A DNA stretch of 64,000 nt. Origin: a virus. The stretch lies in the IMG/VR virus record IMGVR_UViG_3300050821_006672, positions 45,476-109,475 of that record. One strand, written 5' to 3'. Below, one piece after another: positions 20,709 to 29,077 of this stretch. Position 1 is the stretch's first letter. Every line of letters starts with the position of its first letter. Under the pieces are notes generated by a model that was given only the letters and a program-made list of their open reading frames with translations, did no database searches and was not told the DNA's origin. A program made the position numbers and the translations under genes.

Positions 20709-21140
20709 ATGGGCGTTCAAGTAGGCTTCAACCTAACAGCGTGGCGGGCGCGTTATCCGGAGTTCGATGACGTACCCGATCCGCTGATTCAGCAGTACTT
20801 TACTGAGGCCACGATCTTTCATCGTAATGATGGTGGTGGTCCTGTGAGGGATAGCAATCAGCAGTTGGTCTTGTTGAATATGGTGGTTGCTCACATTTGT
20901 AAGCTGAATGCGCCTGTGCGTGGCGAACCTTCTCCTGATATCGTCGGTCGTATCTCCAATGCAAGCGAGGGTAGCGTGAGCGTCGCTACGGAAATGGACT
21001 TGCCTCCTGGGTCTGCACAATGGTGGGGACAAACCAAATATGGGATTGCGTACTGGACTGCATCCGCGCCGTTCCGACAAATGAGATATAGGGTTGGTCG
21101 TCAGCGAAACTTCAACCCATGGTATCCGGCAGGTTATTGA
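20709..21140 (+). CDS. Head-tail adaptor (DUF4054 family)
   Basis: WRARYPEF, LLNMVVAHI, VGRISNASEGSVSV and WWGQTKYGIAYW motifs. Confidence 0.88.
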   Translation: MGVQVGFNLTAWRARYPEFDDVPDPLIQQYFTEATIFHRNDGGGPVRDSNQQLVLLNMVVAHICKLNAPVRGEPSPDIVGRISNASEGSVSVATEMDLPPGSAQWWGQTKYGIAYWTASAPFRQMRYRVGRQRNFNPWYPAGY

Positions 21141-21149
21141 TTTTTCTGT

Positions 21150-21353
21150 GTTGGGGTTAGCTGGGATCGGGCTAGGTATGTTATGTTTGAGGTACGGTAT
21201 GGTCTTTTTCCTTAGTCAATTTTACCTTTGTGTTGAGTTGTGGCTAGCTAAGGTGTGGTATGTTACGTTGAGGTGAGCTGCGGTAGGTTTCGTTTTCGGG
21301 TAAGTTGAGTTCTGCTAAGCTCAGGTTTGGTACATTCTGGTAAGGTAAGTTTT
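21150..21353 (+). repeat. Three tracts of in-phase G-N-Y-NN pentamers (11, 13 and 11 units); candidate guide-RNA array
   Basis: Tracts at 21150-21205, 21232-21296 and 21299-21353, e.g. GTTGA GTTGT GGCTA GCTAA GGTGT GGTAT GTTAC GTTGA GGTGA GCTGC GGTAG GTTTC GTTTT. Confidence 0.85.
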
Positions 21354-21373
21354 TGCTTCTCGTATGGTAGAGA

Positions 21374-21497
21374 TATCGCGGCGACTAACGCGATAGAAAC
21401 GCGGCACCAATACACGAACCTCCTTCGCGTTCGGTGTCGCTGAAAGGTGACCCCTGTAACTCGCGTTTCCGGGCTTAGTCGGCTGGGCGCGAAGGAG
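21374..21497 (+). promoter_or_regulatory. Structured 5' leader of the RAMP gene with anti-Shine-Dalgarno element
   Basis: Stems TATCGCG/CGCGATA and GAAACGCG/CGCGTTTC; CTCCTTCGCG (21420-29) is complementary to CGCGAAGGAG (21488-97, the RBS). Confidence 0.6.
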
Positions 21498-21505
21498 ACA
21501 CAGCT

Positions 21506-22123
21506 ATGGTAGCCAAGGCTAAGGTAATTCACATCAATGAGCCGACTGATGGGGGCAACGAGGCAATCGGCTATTCGGAACCTTACTCGGTTCGCGTCGC
21601 GCTAGAAGGCGCAGCCGATTACCTGTTTCATCGGTACAACTGCGAATCAGTTGAGGCTAAAAGCAACGCGGCAAAGGGTTCGAAGGCCAAGAAGACTGAC
21701 GACATTGAGAGTTACGTTTGGCGGACGAACGACGGGCAACTTGCCATTCCTGGCGAACATCTTCGCGGAGCGATCATCAAAGCCGCTAAGTTCCGCCAAG
21801 ACCCGCGCTCTCCGCGTAAGTCGGCAATGGATTTGTTTAAGGCCGGCATCGTGGTTACGACAGGATTAGCCCCAGTGGGAAAGAAGGATTGGGATTACCT
21901 CCACAAGGGGCGGGTAGTTGTGCACGGAAGCGCTATCCCCCGCGTCCGTCCTGCGCTTCGGCAGGGTTGGAAGGTAGCTTTTGATGTCTCAGTAATCTTG
22001 CCGGAGTACATTGATAAAAACTCTCTGCGAGAGACTATCGAGGCTGCGGGTCGTCTTTGTGGCCTTGGCGACTATCGACCAACCTTCGGCCGATTTGGGA
22101 TTATTTCTTACCAATCAGCTTAG
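21506..22123 (+). CDS. Stand-alone RAMP (Cas7/Csm3-like) protein
   Basis: 205 aa. First strand VRVALEGAADYLFH; IPGEHLRGAIIKAA (cf. RAMP IPGSSLKG); C-terminal Gly-rich loop GLGDYRPTFGRF. No other cas genes in the window. Confidence 0.8.
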   Translation: MVAKAKVIHINEPTDGGNEAIGYSEPYSVRVALEGAADYLFHRYNCESVEAKSNAAKGSKAKKTDDIESYVWRTNDGQLAIPGEHLRGAIIKAAKFRQDPRSPRKSAMDLFKAGIVVTTGLAPVGKKDWDYLHKGRVVVHGSAIPRVRPALRQGWKVAFDVSVILPEYIDKNSLRETIEAAGRLCGLGDYRPTFGRFGIISYQSA

Positions 22124-22220
22124 GTCTGGTGTGGTTAGTTGGGGTCAGGTGGTGTTTGGTAAGATTTGATCGGGTAAGGTAAGGTCTTTGCGTATGTCTA
22201 AGTTAGTCTAGGTTCTGTTC
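22123..22220 (+). repeat. Fourth G-N-Y-NN pentamer tract (13 units plus degenerate tail)
   Basis: GGTCT GGTGT GGTTA GTTGG GGTCA GGTGG TGTTT GGTAA GATTT GATCG GGTAA GGTAA GGTCT (22123-22187), starting on the last base of the RAMP stop codon. Confidence 0.85.
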
Positions 22221-22255
22221 CCCCAGTCCTCCCCCCGCAGCAGGGCCTAGATGTA

Positions 22256-22303
22256 CCCGCGTCGCTCCCTTCCCCCTCCCCCCGAGCCTGGGAGCGACGC
22301 GGG
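22256..22303 (+). terminator. Perfect 14-bp GC hairpin with C-rich loop (terminator-like or processing signal)
   Basis: CCCGCGTCGCTCCC / GGGAGCGACGCGGG with a 20-nt loop; only a weak U-tract follows. Confidence 0.5.
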
Positions 22304-22327
22304 GAACTCTTTCGAGAGGACCAGCCC

Positions 22328-22558
22328 ATGATTACAGGGTTATTCACCGATGGGCAGTCCGTTGAACTTTCGCTTCCTTGTGACGCGACACTTGCAGTGC
22401 GTTATCTAGGGAATGAGGACGACGTTCTTGTGCCGAACGGCTCTTGCGGTGTTGTGGTATCAGTGCTTGAGTATAATCTAAATACGTTGGCTACTGTCAA
22501 ATTCGATGGACTCAAGCGTGATCTTGTAATCCCCACCAAGTATTTGAAGGCATGTTGA
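22328..22558 (+). CDS. Hypothetical protein
   Basis: GAGGA RBS; 76 aa. Confidence 0.55.
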   Translation: MITGLFTDGQSVELSLPCDATLAVRYLGNEDDVLVPNGSCGVVVSVLEYNLNTLATVKFDGLKRDLVIPTKYLKAC

Positions 22559-22704
22559 TATGAGCGAGTGCCTTTTCAAGCTTTCAGAGGCTCACGGAGC
22601 ATGGTGCTACAGTTGGCGGCCTGTTCCTATGGTCGAAGGTGCTCCACGCCTCAAGAAAGTTCCATTTGGCTACGTTTTGATGCGTTACGAAGGGAAGCGT
22701 TTAC

Positions 22705-23241
22705 ATGGCTGACCGCAAATACCTCCCGACTTTCGCCGATCTCGTTGATAGGCTCTGCATTACGCAGATGAAAGCGATCTTCATCCCTGAACGGCAGGGC
22801 GAATACGTTGAAGAAATGTCGTTGATTATGCATGACATCGATCTTATCTTGGAAAGTCAAGCTAAGACGATTGCCGCTACTGACGTTCGTGCGATGCTTG
22901 TGCTTATGTTGAGCAACCGTTTCATATGGGAGAATGAAACAAAAGCGCGAGCGGGCGGGACGGATCAGGACAAGCTTCTTAAATTGACTCATAGTATAAA
23001 TGGCGTGAGGAATACAGCTAAGAATGCATTGGCCCATATTGATGGCGGTCGGAGAGACTTCAAAACGGATTGCTTTGCTGCGGAGTTAGTTGCTGACTTC
23101 GGTAATTGGAATGTATTTGGAGTGCAGAACGGCGAGGCTCGATGGGAAACCGATCAGAGAAATTATACTCAACTGGCGGATAGACGGGATAAATCTGTGC
23201 ATGGTGGGGCTGGGCGTGTTCTGCCCTCGTCGGATTATTAG
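22705..23241 (+). CDS. Helical protein of the kind seen in sugar-synthesis clusters (DUF4254-like)
   Basis: LPTFADLVDRLCITQMK...IWENE...NGVRN pattern; first gene of the sugar cluster. Confidence 0.5.
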   Translation: MADRKYLPTFADLVDRLCITQMKAIFIPERQGEYVEEMSLIMHDIDLILESQAKTIAATDVRAMLVLMLSNRFIWENETKARAGGTDQDKLLKLTHSINGVRNTAKNALAHIDGGRRDFKTDCFAAELVADFGNWNVFGVQNGEARWETDQRNYTQLADRRDKSVHGGAGRVLPSSDY

Positions 23242-23246
23242 GCAAG

Positions 23247-23861
23247 ATGCTCCAAATCGTAGCTAGAAACCGAATAACGCGCAGCGACTTGCAGGAGTTT
23301 ACGCAGCGCGTTGCCGACGCGTTCAATGCTGGCGAAATCCACGCTCCCGTCCACCTTAGCGGCGGCAATGAAGATCAGCTGATTGATATCTTCTCGGAGA
23401 TCGCTCCAACCGACTGGGTATGCTCAACATGGCGTAGCCATTATCATGCGATCCTCAAAAACATTCCTCAAGAACAACTGATGTCGGACATTCGTGCGGG
23501 ACGCTCGATCTCATTGTGCTATCCAGAACACCGTCTTATTTCCTCGGCAATTGTTGCGGGCTGTTTGCCCATTGCGGTGGGTCTTGCCTGGTCCATCAAG
23601 AATGCCGAGAAGGATGAGCACGTCTGGGCCTTCTGTGGTGATATGGCAGCGACAACCGGAATATTCTCCGAGTGCACTCGATACGCTGAGAGCTATCGCC
23701 TTCCCGTTACGTTCATAATTGAGGATAATGGCAAGTCGGTCTGTACGAATACCAAACAAGTTTGGAACGGACAACACGATAATTGGCAAAGCAATGTGCG
23801 GTATTACTCCTACAAACTGCCATGGCCCCATAGTGGTGCCGGCAAACGAGTGAACTTCTAA
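23247..23861 (+). CDS. Minimal TPP-dependent E1-alpha-like subunit
   Basis: HLSGGNE and STWRSHYHA; TPP-binding motif variant GDMAATTG...IIEDN. Confidence 0.88.
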   Translation: MLQIVARNRITRSDLQEFTQRVADAFNAGEIHAPVHLSGGNEDQLIDIFSEIAPTDWVCSTWRSHYHAILKNIPQEQLMSDIRAGRSISLCYPEHRLISSAIVAGCLPIAVGLAWSIKNAEKDEHVWAFCGDMAATTGIFSECTRYAESYRLPVTFIIEDNGKSVCTNTKQVWNGQHDNWQSNVRYYSYKLPWPHSGAGKRVNF

Positions 23862-23899
23862 CCGGCGAGTGGTGACGCCCCTCTTCCGGGAACAGGAAC

Positions 23900-24484
23900 A
23901 TGAACCTTAACCTTTGGGATTCAAGCAGAGGCACCGTTACAATCGGATTGCCGATGGACCTAGCTGCGGGGGCTTCGCAGACGGTGGCCGGTCAGGTACA
24001 GCTATCTTCTGCTGGGGTAAGCCCCGGTGCGACAGGCGCCGACAACGTGCTGGCTGTTTTCTCAATCCCGCCGGGCTCATTTGCGGCTGCTGGGAACGGG
24101 CTTTACATTGCGGCCTATGGCACATTTGCTAACAACGGCAACAACAAGCGGGTGAAGATCATATTCAATCCTGCAACTGCCGTAGTTGGAGCGACTGTTG
24201 GGGCAGGCGGCACAACTATCGCTGACACAACGACTTACTCCACCTCTGCGCTGTCCGCTTTCACGTTGGAGGCTACAGTTTTCAAATATGGTGCGGCGGG
24301 GAGCAATACGCAGATAGGCATAAATGGTGAAAACACCGTAGCAGCGGTTAGCGAGACCCTCATTGTGCCTCAGCTTATTACTGCAAATGAGGCTGCGGTG
24401 ATTCTCATTGCGGTTACTGGGAATGCTGGATCGGCCGTCGCAGACATCCTATTGAATGCGCTTGCGATAACTCCTATTTCGTAG
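23900..24484 (+). CDS. Ala/Gly/Thr-rich putative virion protein
   Basis: Structural-protein-like composition; sits between the E1 alpha and beta genes. Confidence 0.55.
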   Translation: MNLNLWDSSRGTVTIGLPMDLAAGASQTVAGQVQLSSAGVSPGATGADNVLAVFSIPPGSFAAAGNGLYIAAYGTFANNGNNKRVKIIFNPATAVVGATVGAGGTTIADTTTYSTSALSAFTLEATVFKYGAAGSNTQIGINGENTVAAVSETLIVPQLITANEAAVILIAVTGNAGSAVADILLNALAITPIS

Positions 24485-24494
24485 AGAGGCAGTC

Positions 24495-24791
24495 ATGGCA
24501 AGTTCACTTCCGCTCCAATTGAATGAAGACACTATTCCTGTGCTTCTCGCCAGAATGGGGACCCCCCTCAAAGGCGATGGGCAACTCCACCTTATGGCGG
24601 GCATGGCCTTTCGCGTTGGCGACGTACTGTCTGAGGCGTCTGTTACTGCCATAGTTCCGGCTGTTGTAGCTACTCCCGCCAAGAACGGCATTCCTGCTCA
24701 GAACTTTACGGCGAGCGAGGCTGCTTTGCTTGTAGCGGAATTGCACAATAGAGGGGCGACTGTGGAAAGTAAGGGGAAGAGCAAAAGGTAG
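24495..24791 (+). CDS. Hypothetical protein
   Basis: GAGG RBS; operon-packed. Confidence 0.5.
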   Translation: MASSLPLQLNEDTIPVLLARMGTPLKGDGQLHLMAGMAFRVGDVLSEASVTAIVPAVVATPAKNGIPAQNFTASEAALLVAELHNRGATVESKGKSKR

Positions 24792-25312
24792 TGGGCTACT
24801 TTTCCAACCTCTGCGCTGCGATGCAACTAGTCAGCGAGCATCCGCAGTCTGTCTTTATGGGACAAGCGGTTGCGTGCGAAGGAACGGCTATGTTCCGCAC
24901 GCTCGCTGATGTTCCAATAGAAAAGCGCCTTGAACTACCAGTCGTTGAAGATATGCAGATGGGGATGGCAATTGGCATGTCCCTTAGCGGCCATCTCCCC
25001 GTTTGTATCTATCCAAGGTTCAATTTCCTGCTTCTCGCGCTGAATCAGCTTGTTCTGCACCTCGACAAGCTGCCTTTAATGGGCGATTACAAGCCGAAGG
25101 TGCTTGTCAGAACGGCTGTAGCAACCTCGAAGCCGCTTTACCCTGGGCCGCAGCACATCGGAAACTACACGACTGCGCTCGCACATATGCTGGATACAGT
25201 AGCTATTGACCGGCTTGAGCACGCAGATGATATTGTCCCCGCGTATGAAAGAGCGTTGGGGCGCGACGGTTCGACGCTCTTAATCGAATATCATGAGAAA
25301 TACGACGCTTAG
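24791..25312 (+). CDS. TPP-dependent E1-beta / transketolase pyrimidine-binding subunit (no C-terminal domain)
   Basis: FMGQAV, ELPVVEDMQMGMAIG, NQLVLHLDK and GPQH motifs. Confidence 0.85.
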   Translation: MGYFSNLCAAMQLVSEHPQSVFMGQAVACEGTAMFRTLADVPIEKRLELPVVEDMQMGMAIGMSLSGHLPVCIYPRFNFLLLALNQLVLHLDKLPLMGDYKPKVLVRTAVATSKPLYPGPQHIGNYTTALAHMLDTVAIDRLEHADDIVPAYERALGRDGSTLLIEYHEKYDA

Positions 25313-25320
25313 GGAGGTGC

Positions 25321-26091
25321 TTGGTGATACCTCGGAATAAAGACACGCTCTTCTATTTCAATGCGCTTAGGCTGTTGCCGCGACGCGCCTATGGCGTTGT
25401 ATACTTACTTACGAACATAGACACGGGGCGATCTTATGTAGGGCAGACTACACAAGCCGTTCCTTTTGATCGAATATTTACACATCGAAAGAGCGCCCTA
25501 AGCGGGAATAGCAGTAACATCCTGCATCGGGCCATACGAAAGTACGGTTGGTCGGCATTTCGAATTGAAATTATTGCCAACTGCGATAACCGAAAAGCGT
25601 TGGATGCTGCTGAAGCGTATTTTATTGAACTATACCAGACGATGTCCCCAAACGGCTATAATATGAAGCATGGGGGTGCCAAAGGGCGATTTTCTGAACA
25701 ATTTAAGCGCAAGCTTCGAAGAGTCCACTCTGCTCCTAAAGTCAGCCAAAAGCATCGAGAAACTATCACTGCATGTTGGGCCGACCCAGCGCATATGGCG
25801 AAGCTAAAAGTAACTTGGAAGGTCAAAAATGCTTTGTCGGCTCCCGCACGCGCAGAAAAGAAGCGTGTTAAAAGGGAAGCGTGGATAGCTACTAAGCCCG
25901 AGCGCCTTGCTAAGAAAAATGCAGCTATAAAAGCTGCGCATAGCAGGCCTGAGGTAAAAGAAAAAGTCGGACGTGGTACAAGAAATAGCCGATGGATTTG
26001 TAGGGGGATAGCGTCGCAACGATTAAAGCTGGGAGAACCCCTTCCTAAGGGTTGGAATTTCGGAAGGGGAGCTTCTTATGAGCGCTCGTGA
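25321..26091 (+). mobile_element. Free-standing GIY-YIG homing endonuclease
   Basis: GVVYLLTN...SYVGQT, LHRAIRKYG, E-x-x-FI and GYN motifs; basic C-terminal DNA-binding region. Confidence 0.85.
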
Positions 26092-27211
26092 ATTTTGGTT
26101 TCCTACTGGGTTCAAATATTGGGGAGTGGAAGAAGACGAAGCCATTGCTAGAGTGATATCTAGCGGCTGGTTTACATACGGCAAAGAGGTTGCAGCTTTT
26201 GAAGAAGAGTACGCTGCTTACCACAAGCGCAAGTATGCGGTTATGGTGAATAGCGGCAGTTCCGCTAACTTGATTGCTGTAGCTGCTCTTTGTAATTTGC
26301 GATCTCGAAAGCCGTTATCCCGCGGGGATACGGCCCTTGTTCCCGCGGTTGCTTGGTCAACAACCTATGCTCCCTTAATACAGCACGGTCTAGAATTGCG
26401 GCTGCTTGACGTAGACGATACTTGGAATGCATATCCTTATGGGGGTACTGAGTCCTTTAGGCTAATCGTCGGGTGCTCCATATTAGGTAGTCCTGCTCGA
26501 CTGGAAGAATGCCAAAAGTTTGCCAACCGTAACGGAGCGTATTTCATCAATGATGACTGCGAATCTCTAGGTGCCTCGATTGGAGGACGAACAACCGCAT
26601 CTTTCGGTTTGATGGCAACCAGTAGTTTCTTCGCTTCCCATCAGATATCTGCTATCGAGGGCGGCGCTATTTTGACAGATGAGGATGAATGCTATAGACT
26701 TTGTCGTATGCTGCGCAGCCATGGGTGGACGCGAGACGTTGAGCCTCCAAAGAACTTTGATGAAGAATATTCGTTCGAACTTTTCGGTCTAAATGTTCGT
26801 CCAGTCGAGATGCACGCGGCTATAGCTCGGGAGCAGTTGAAGAAGCTTTCACATATGATCGATGCACGTCAGAAGAACTTGGATCATTTTTGGAGGCTGA
26901 TGCAGGGCCTACCAATCGCATTGCAGGGTCATTATCTAGGGACTAAGCGATCGTCCTTTGGCATCGCCTTTACGGTAGCGAACAAGAACATTCGATCTAA
27001 GCTGGCCGACGCGCTACGCGCTGAGGATATTGACTGTCGCTTACCCACGGGAGGGTCATTCCGTATGCATAAGTATGGTGAGCGGTGGAGAGCGCAGGCA
27101 ACGCCTAATGCTGACCGCATCCACGAGACTGGGTTGTTCCTTGGGCTTGCGCCGTTCCCAATTGAGGATAAAATCGAGCGTGCTGTGAATGTTATGAAGG
27201 GGGTATTGTGA
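26078..27211 (+). CDS. DegT-family PLP enzyme, ColD-like NDP-4-keto-6-deoxyhexose 3-dehydratase
   Basis: VNSGSSANL, DDCESLGA, SFFASHQISAIEGG (His at the usual Lys position), RSHGWTR and NVRP motifs. Confidence 0.82.
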   Translation: MSAREFWFPTGFKYWGVEEDEAIARVISSGWFTYGKEVAAFEEEYAAYHKRKYAVMVNSGSSANLIAVAALCNLRSRKPLSRGDTALVPAVAWSTTYAPLIQHGLELRLLDVDDTWNAYPYGGTESFRLIVGCSILGSPARLEECQKFANRNGAYFINDDCESLGASIGGRTTASFGLMATSSFFASHQISAIEGGAILTDEDECYRLCRMLRSHGWTRDVEPPKNFDEEYSFELFGLNVRPVEMHAAIAREQLKKLSHMIDARQKNLDHFWRLMQGLPIALQGHYLGTKRSSFGIAFTVANKNIRSKLADALRAEDIDCRLPTGGSFRMHKYGERWRAQATPNADRIHETGLFLGLAPFPIEDKIERAVNVMKGVL

Positions 27212-27445
27212 TGTCTCGTCCTAAAGCATCCTACCGTGCCGAGCGACGACGTACTTGTCGCCAAATGCGAATGATTTGGAGCGAATTTCAAAAGCGCCAC
27301 CCAGTAGAATCGCTGCGACCTAAGAAGAAACAATACAAAGGGACATCAGGCTGATGTCTCTTATGCAAGGTGTCGTTGTAGGATTATTGATAGAGGCCGA
27401 AGCGGTAGTTATTACCTTGCTGATTTTTCATCTTTTTGGAGCTTT

Positions 27446-27757
27446 GTGGTGATGTTAAGCAGATTTTGGTTTTGGGTTAATCGTATTGACATAATTTCGG
27501 AGGCTGAGGGCGAAGACTGGGCGCGTGAGTGGATGCGAGAACACGGTTGTAAGTGGAACGGGTTTTGTAGTTACTGGTTCAAATGGGAAGAGGTGCTTAA
27601 TGATGAGGTTCGACAAGGATTAAAGCCTGAGCCGCTTTTATGGCAAATTCAACGCGAGAGTACGCAGCGAAAACGTAGGCGTCGCGATAAATACGATTGC
27701 TGGGATCGGCTAATCGGTAACGACCTCTTCGATACCATTCACGGTGGTATTTTCTGA
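27446..27757 (+). CDS. Hypothetical protein
   Basis: Stop overlaps the start of the next gene. Confidence 0.45.
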   Translation: MVMLSRFWFWVNRIDIISEAEGEDWAREWMREHGCKWNGFCSYWFKWEEVLNDEVRQGLKPEPLLWQIQRESTQRKRRRRDKYDCWDRLIGNDLFDTIHGGIF

Positions 27758-28731
27758 TGCGCTGTTTGATAACTGGCGGCGCTGGCTTCATCGGTAGCGT
27801 TCTCGTCCCCTCCCTTCTCAACGAAGGCTTCGCTGTTACTGTCGTTGATAACTTTATGTATGGCAACTCGCTATCGCTAGCGGCTTGTTGTACCCATTCC
27901 AAATTCGACGTTATCCGAGGCGATGCGCGCGATCCAAGGGTAATCGGCCCGCTGCTCGCTAAGCACGATGTAATTATTCCCCTTGCTGCGATCGTCGGCG
28001 CTCCTGCTTGCGATAACGATGTGTGCGCTACGGGGACAACGAATGTCGTTGCTATCGAGAATATGGTATCGAAGCTTTCCGCCGACCAATGGATTATCGC
28101 GCCTATCACTAACAGTGGCTATGGGATCGGTTCGCAGGACGAGTGCACCGAGGAATCGCCTCTGAACCCCGTCAGTCTTTACGGAAAGTCAAAGGTCGAA
28201 GCAGAGAAGGCAGTTCTCAGCCACAAGAATGGGATTAGCCTGCGCCTTGCGACGGTGTTTGGTATGTCGCCTCGGATGCGTCGTGACCTGCTGGTGAACG
28301 ATTTTGTCTGGCGTGCTGTAACCGACCGCGCGGTGACGTTGTTTGAGGCCCATTTCCGCCGTAACTACGTGCACGTGCGAGATGTGGCTAGGGCCTTTTT
28401 GCATGTATTTAGCTGTTTTGCTGGTGAGGAAAATAAGTATCTAGCAGTTCTTCCTCCTGTGGGCCTTCCGCTTGCGTCAGGCGCTTACAACATTGGTCTT
28501 AGCGATGCCAATCTGTCCAAGCTCCAGCTTTGCGAAAAGATCAAAGAACACGTTCCCGGCTTTGTGTTCTGGGAAGCGCCTGTGGGTGAGGATGCGGACA
28601 AGCGCGATTACGTCGTAAGCAACAAGAAGATCGAAGCCACTGGATTTCGATGTGAGTACAGCCTGGACGACGGTATTCGCGAGCTAGCCAAAGGCTATCG
28701 GATGATGCGGAGGGAGTACTCGAATGTATAA
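27757..28731 (+). CDS. NAD-dependent epimerase/dehydratase/reductase (extended SDR)
   Basis: TGGAGFIG, LAAIVG, YGKSK and LRLATVFG motifs. Confidence 0.92.
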   Translation: MRCLITGGAGFIGSVLVPSLLNEGFAVTVVDNFMYGNSLSLAACCTHSKFDVIRGDARDPRVIGPLLAKHDVIIPLAAIVGAPACDNDVCATGTTNVVAIENMVSKLSADQWIIAPITNSGYGIGSQDECTEESPLNPVSLYGKSKVEAEKAVLSHKNGISLRLATVFGMSPRMRRDLLVNDFVWRAVTDRAVTLFEAHFRRNYVHVRDVARAFLHVFSCFAGEENKYLAVLPPVGLPLASGAYNIGLSDANLSKLQLCEKIKEHVPGFVFWEAPVGEDADKRDYVVSNKKIEATGFRCEYSLDDGIRELAKGYRMMRREYSNV

Positions 28732-29041
28732 GCTCGTATTCAAAGTCATCGATGATGAAACAAAAGAAGATGTCTTTCCCTATCAGCAGACATTGCTTGA
28801 ATTGTCCGAGGACATTTTACGCAAGGCCGACGAGAAAGACGCCGATGCGATCAAGAAAGAAATTGAACTCCTAGGCGGGCAAGAGATGTATGCTACCTAT
28901 GTCCGTAACGGACGAGGTAGAGTGGTTAGAGATATTTGCCAAGCTGCTGGGATCATCGTTAGCAGAGTCATTGAGAGGCATTTAGCTACTCGTCTTGGTT
29001 GTAAGCACATTGCGCTGCTTGATAAGGCGAAGGAGCGGTGA
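28724..29041 (+). CDS. Hypothetical protein
   Basis: GGAG RBS; overlaps the previous stop. Confidence 0.55.
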   Translation: MYKLVFKVIDDETKEDVFPYQQTLLELSEDILRKADEKDADAIKKEIELLGGQEMYATYVRNGRGRVVRDICQAAGIIVSRVIERHLATRLGCKHIALLDKAKER

Positions 29042-29077
29042 GTTCGTTTGGGAAGGGACTGACGAGAAGGTGGGGGC

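Noticed and set aside
21094-21532. ORFs 21094..21276 (+) and 21263..21532 (-)
   Set aside because: Low-complexity translations of the pentamer tracts and leader; no RBS, and they overlap real genes.
21141-22220. Canonical CRISPR array next to the Cas7-like gene
   Set aside because: There are no 25-40 bp direct repeats with spacers; the periodicity is 5 nt, and no other cas genes are present.
23247-25312. Pyruvate dehydrogenase auxiliary metabolic genes
   Set aside because: The subunits are truncated, there is no E2/E3, and they are embedded among NDP-sugar genes.
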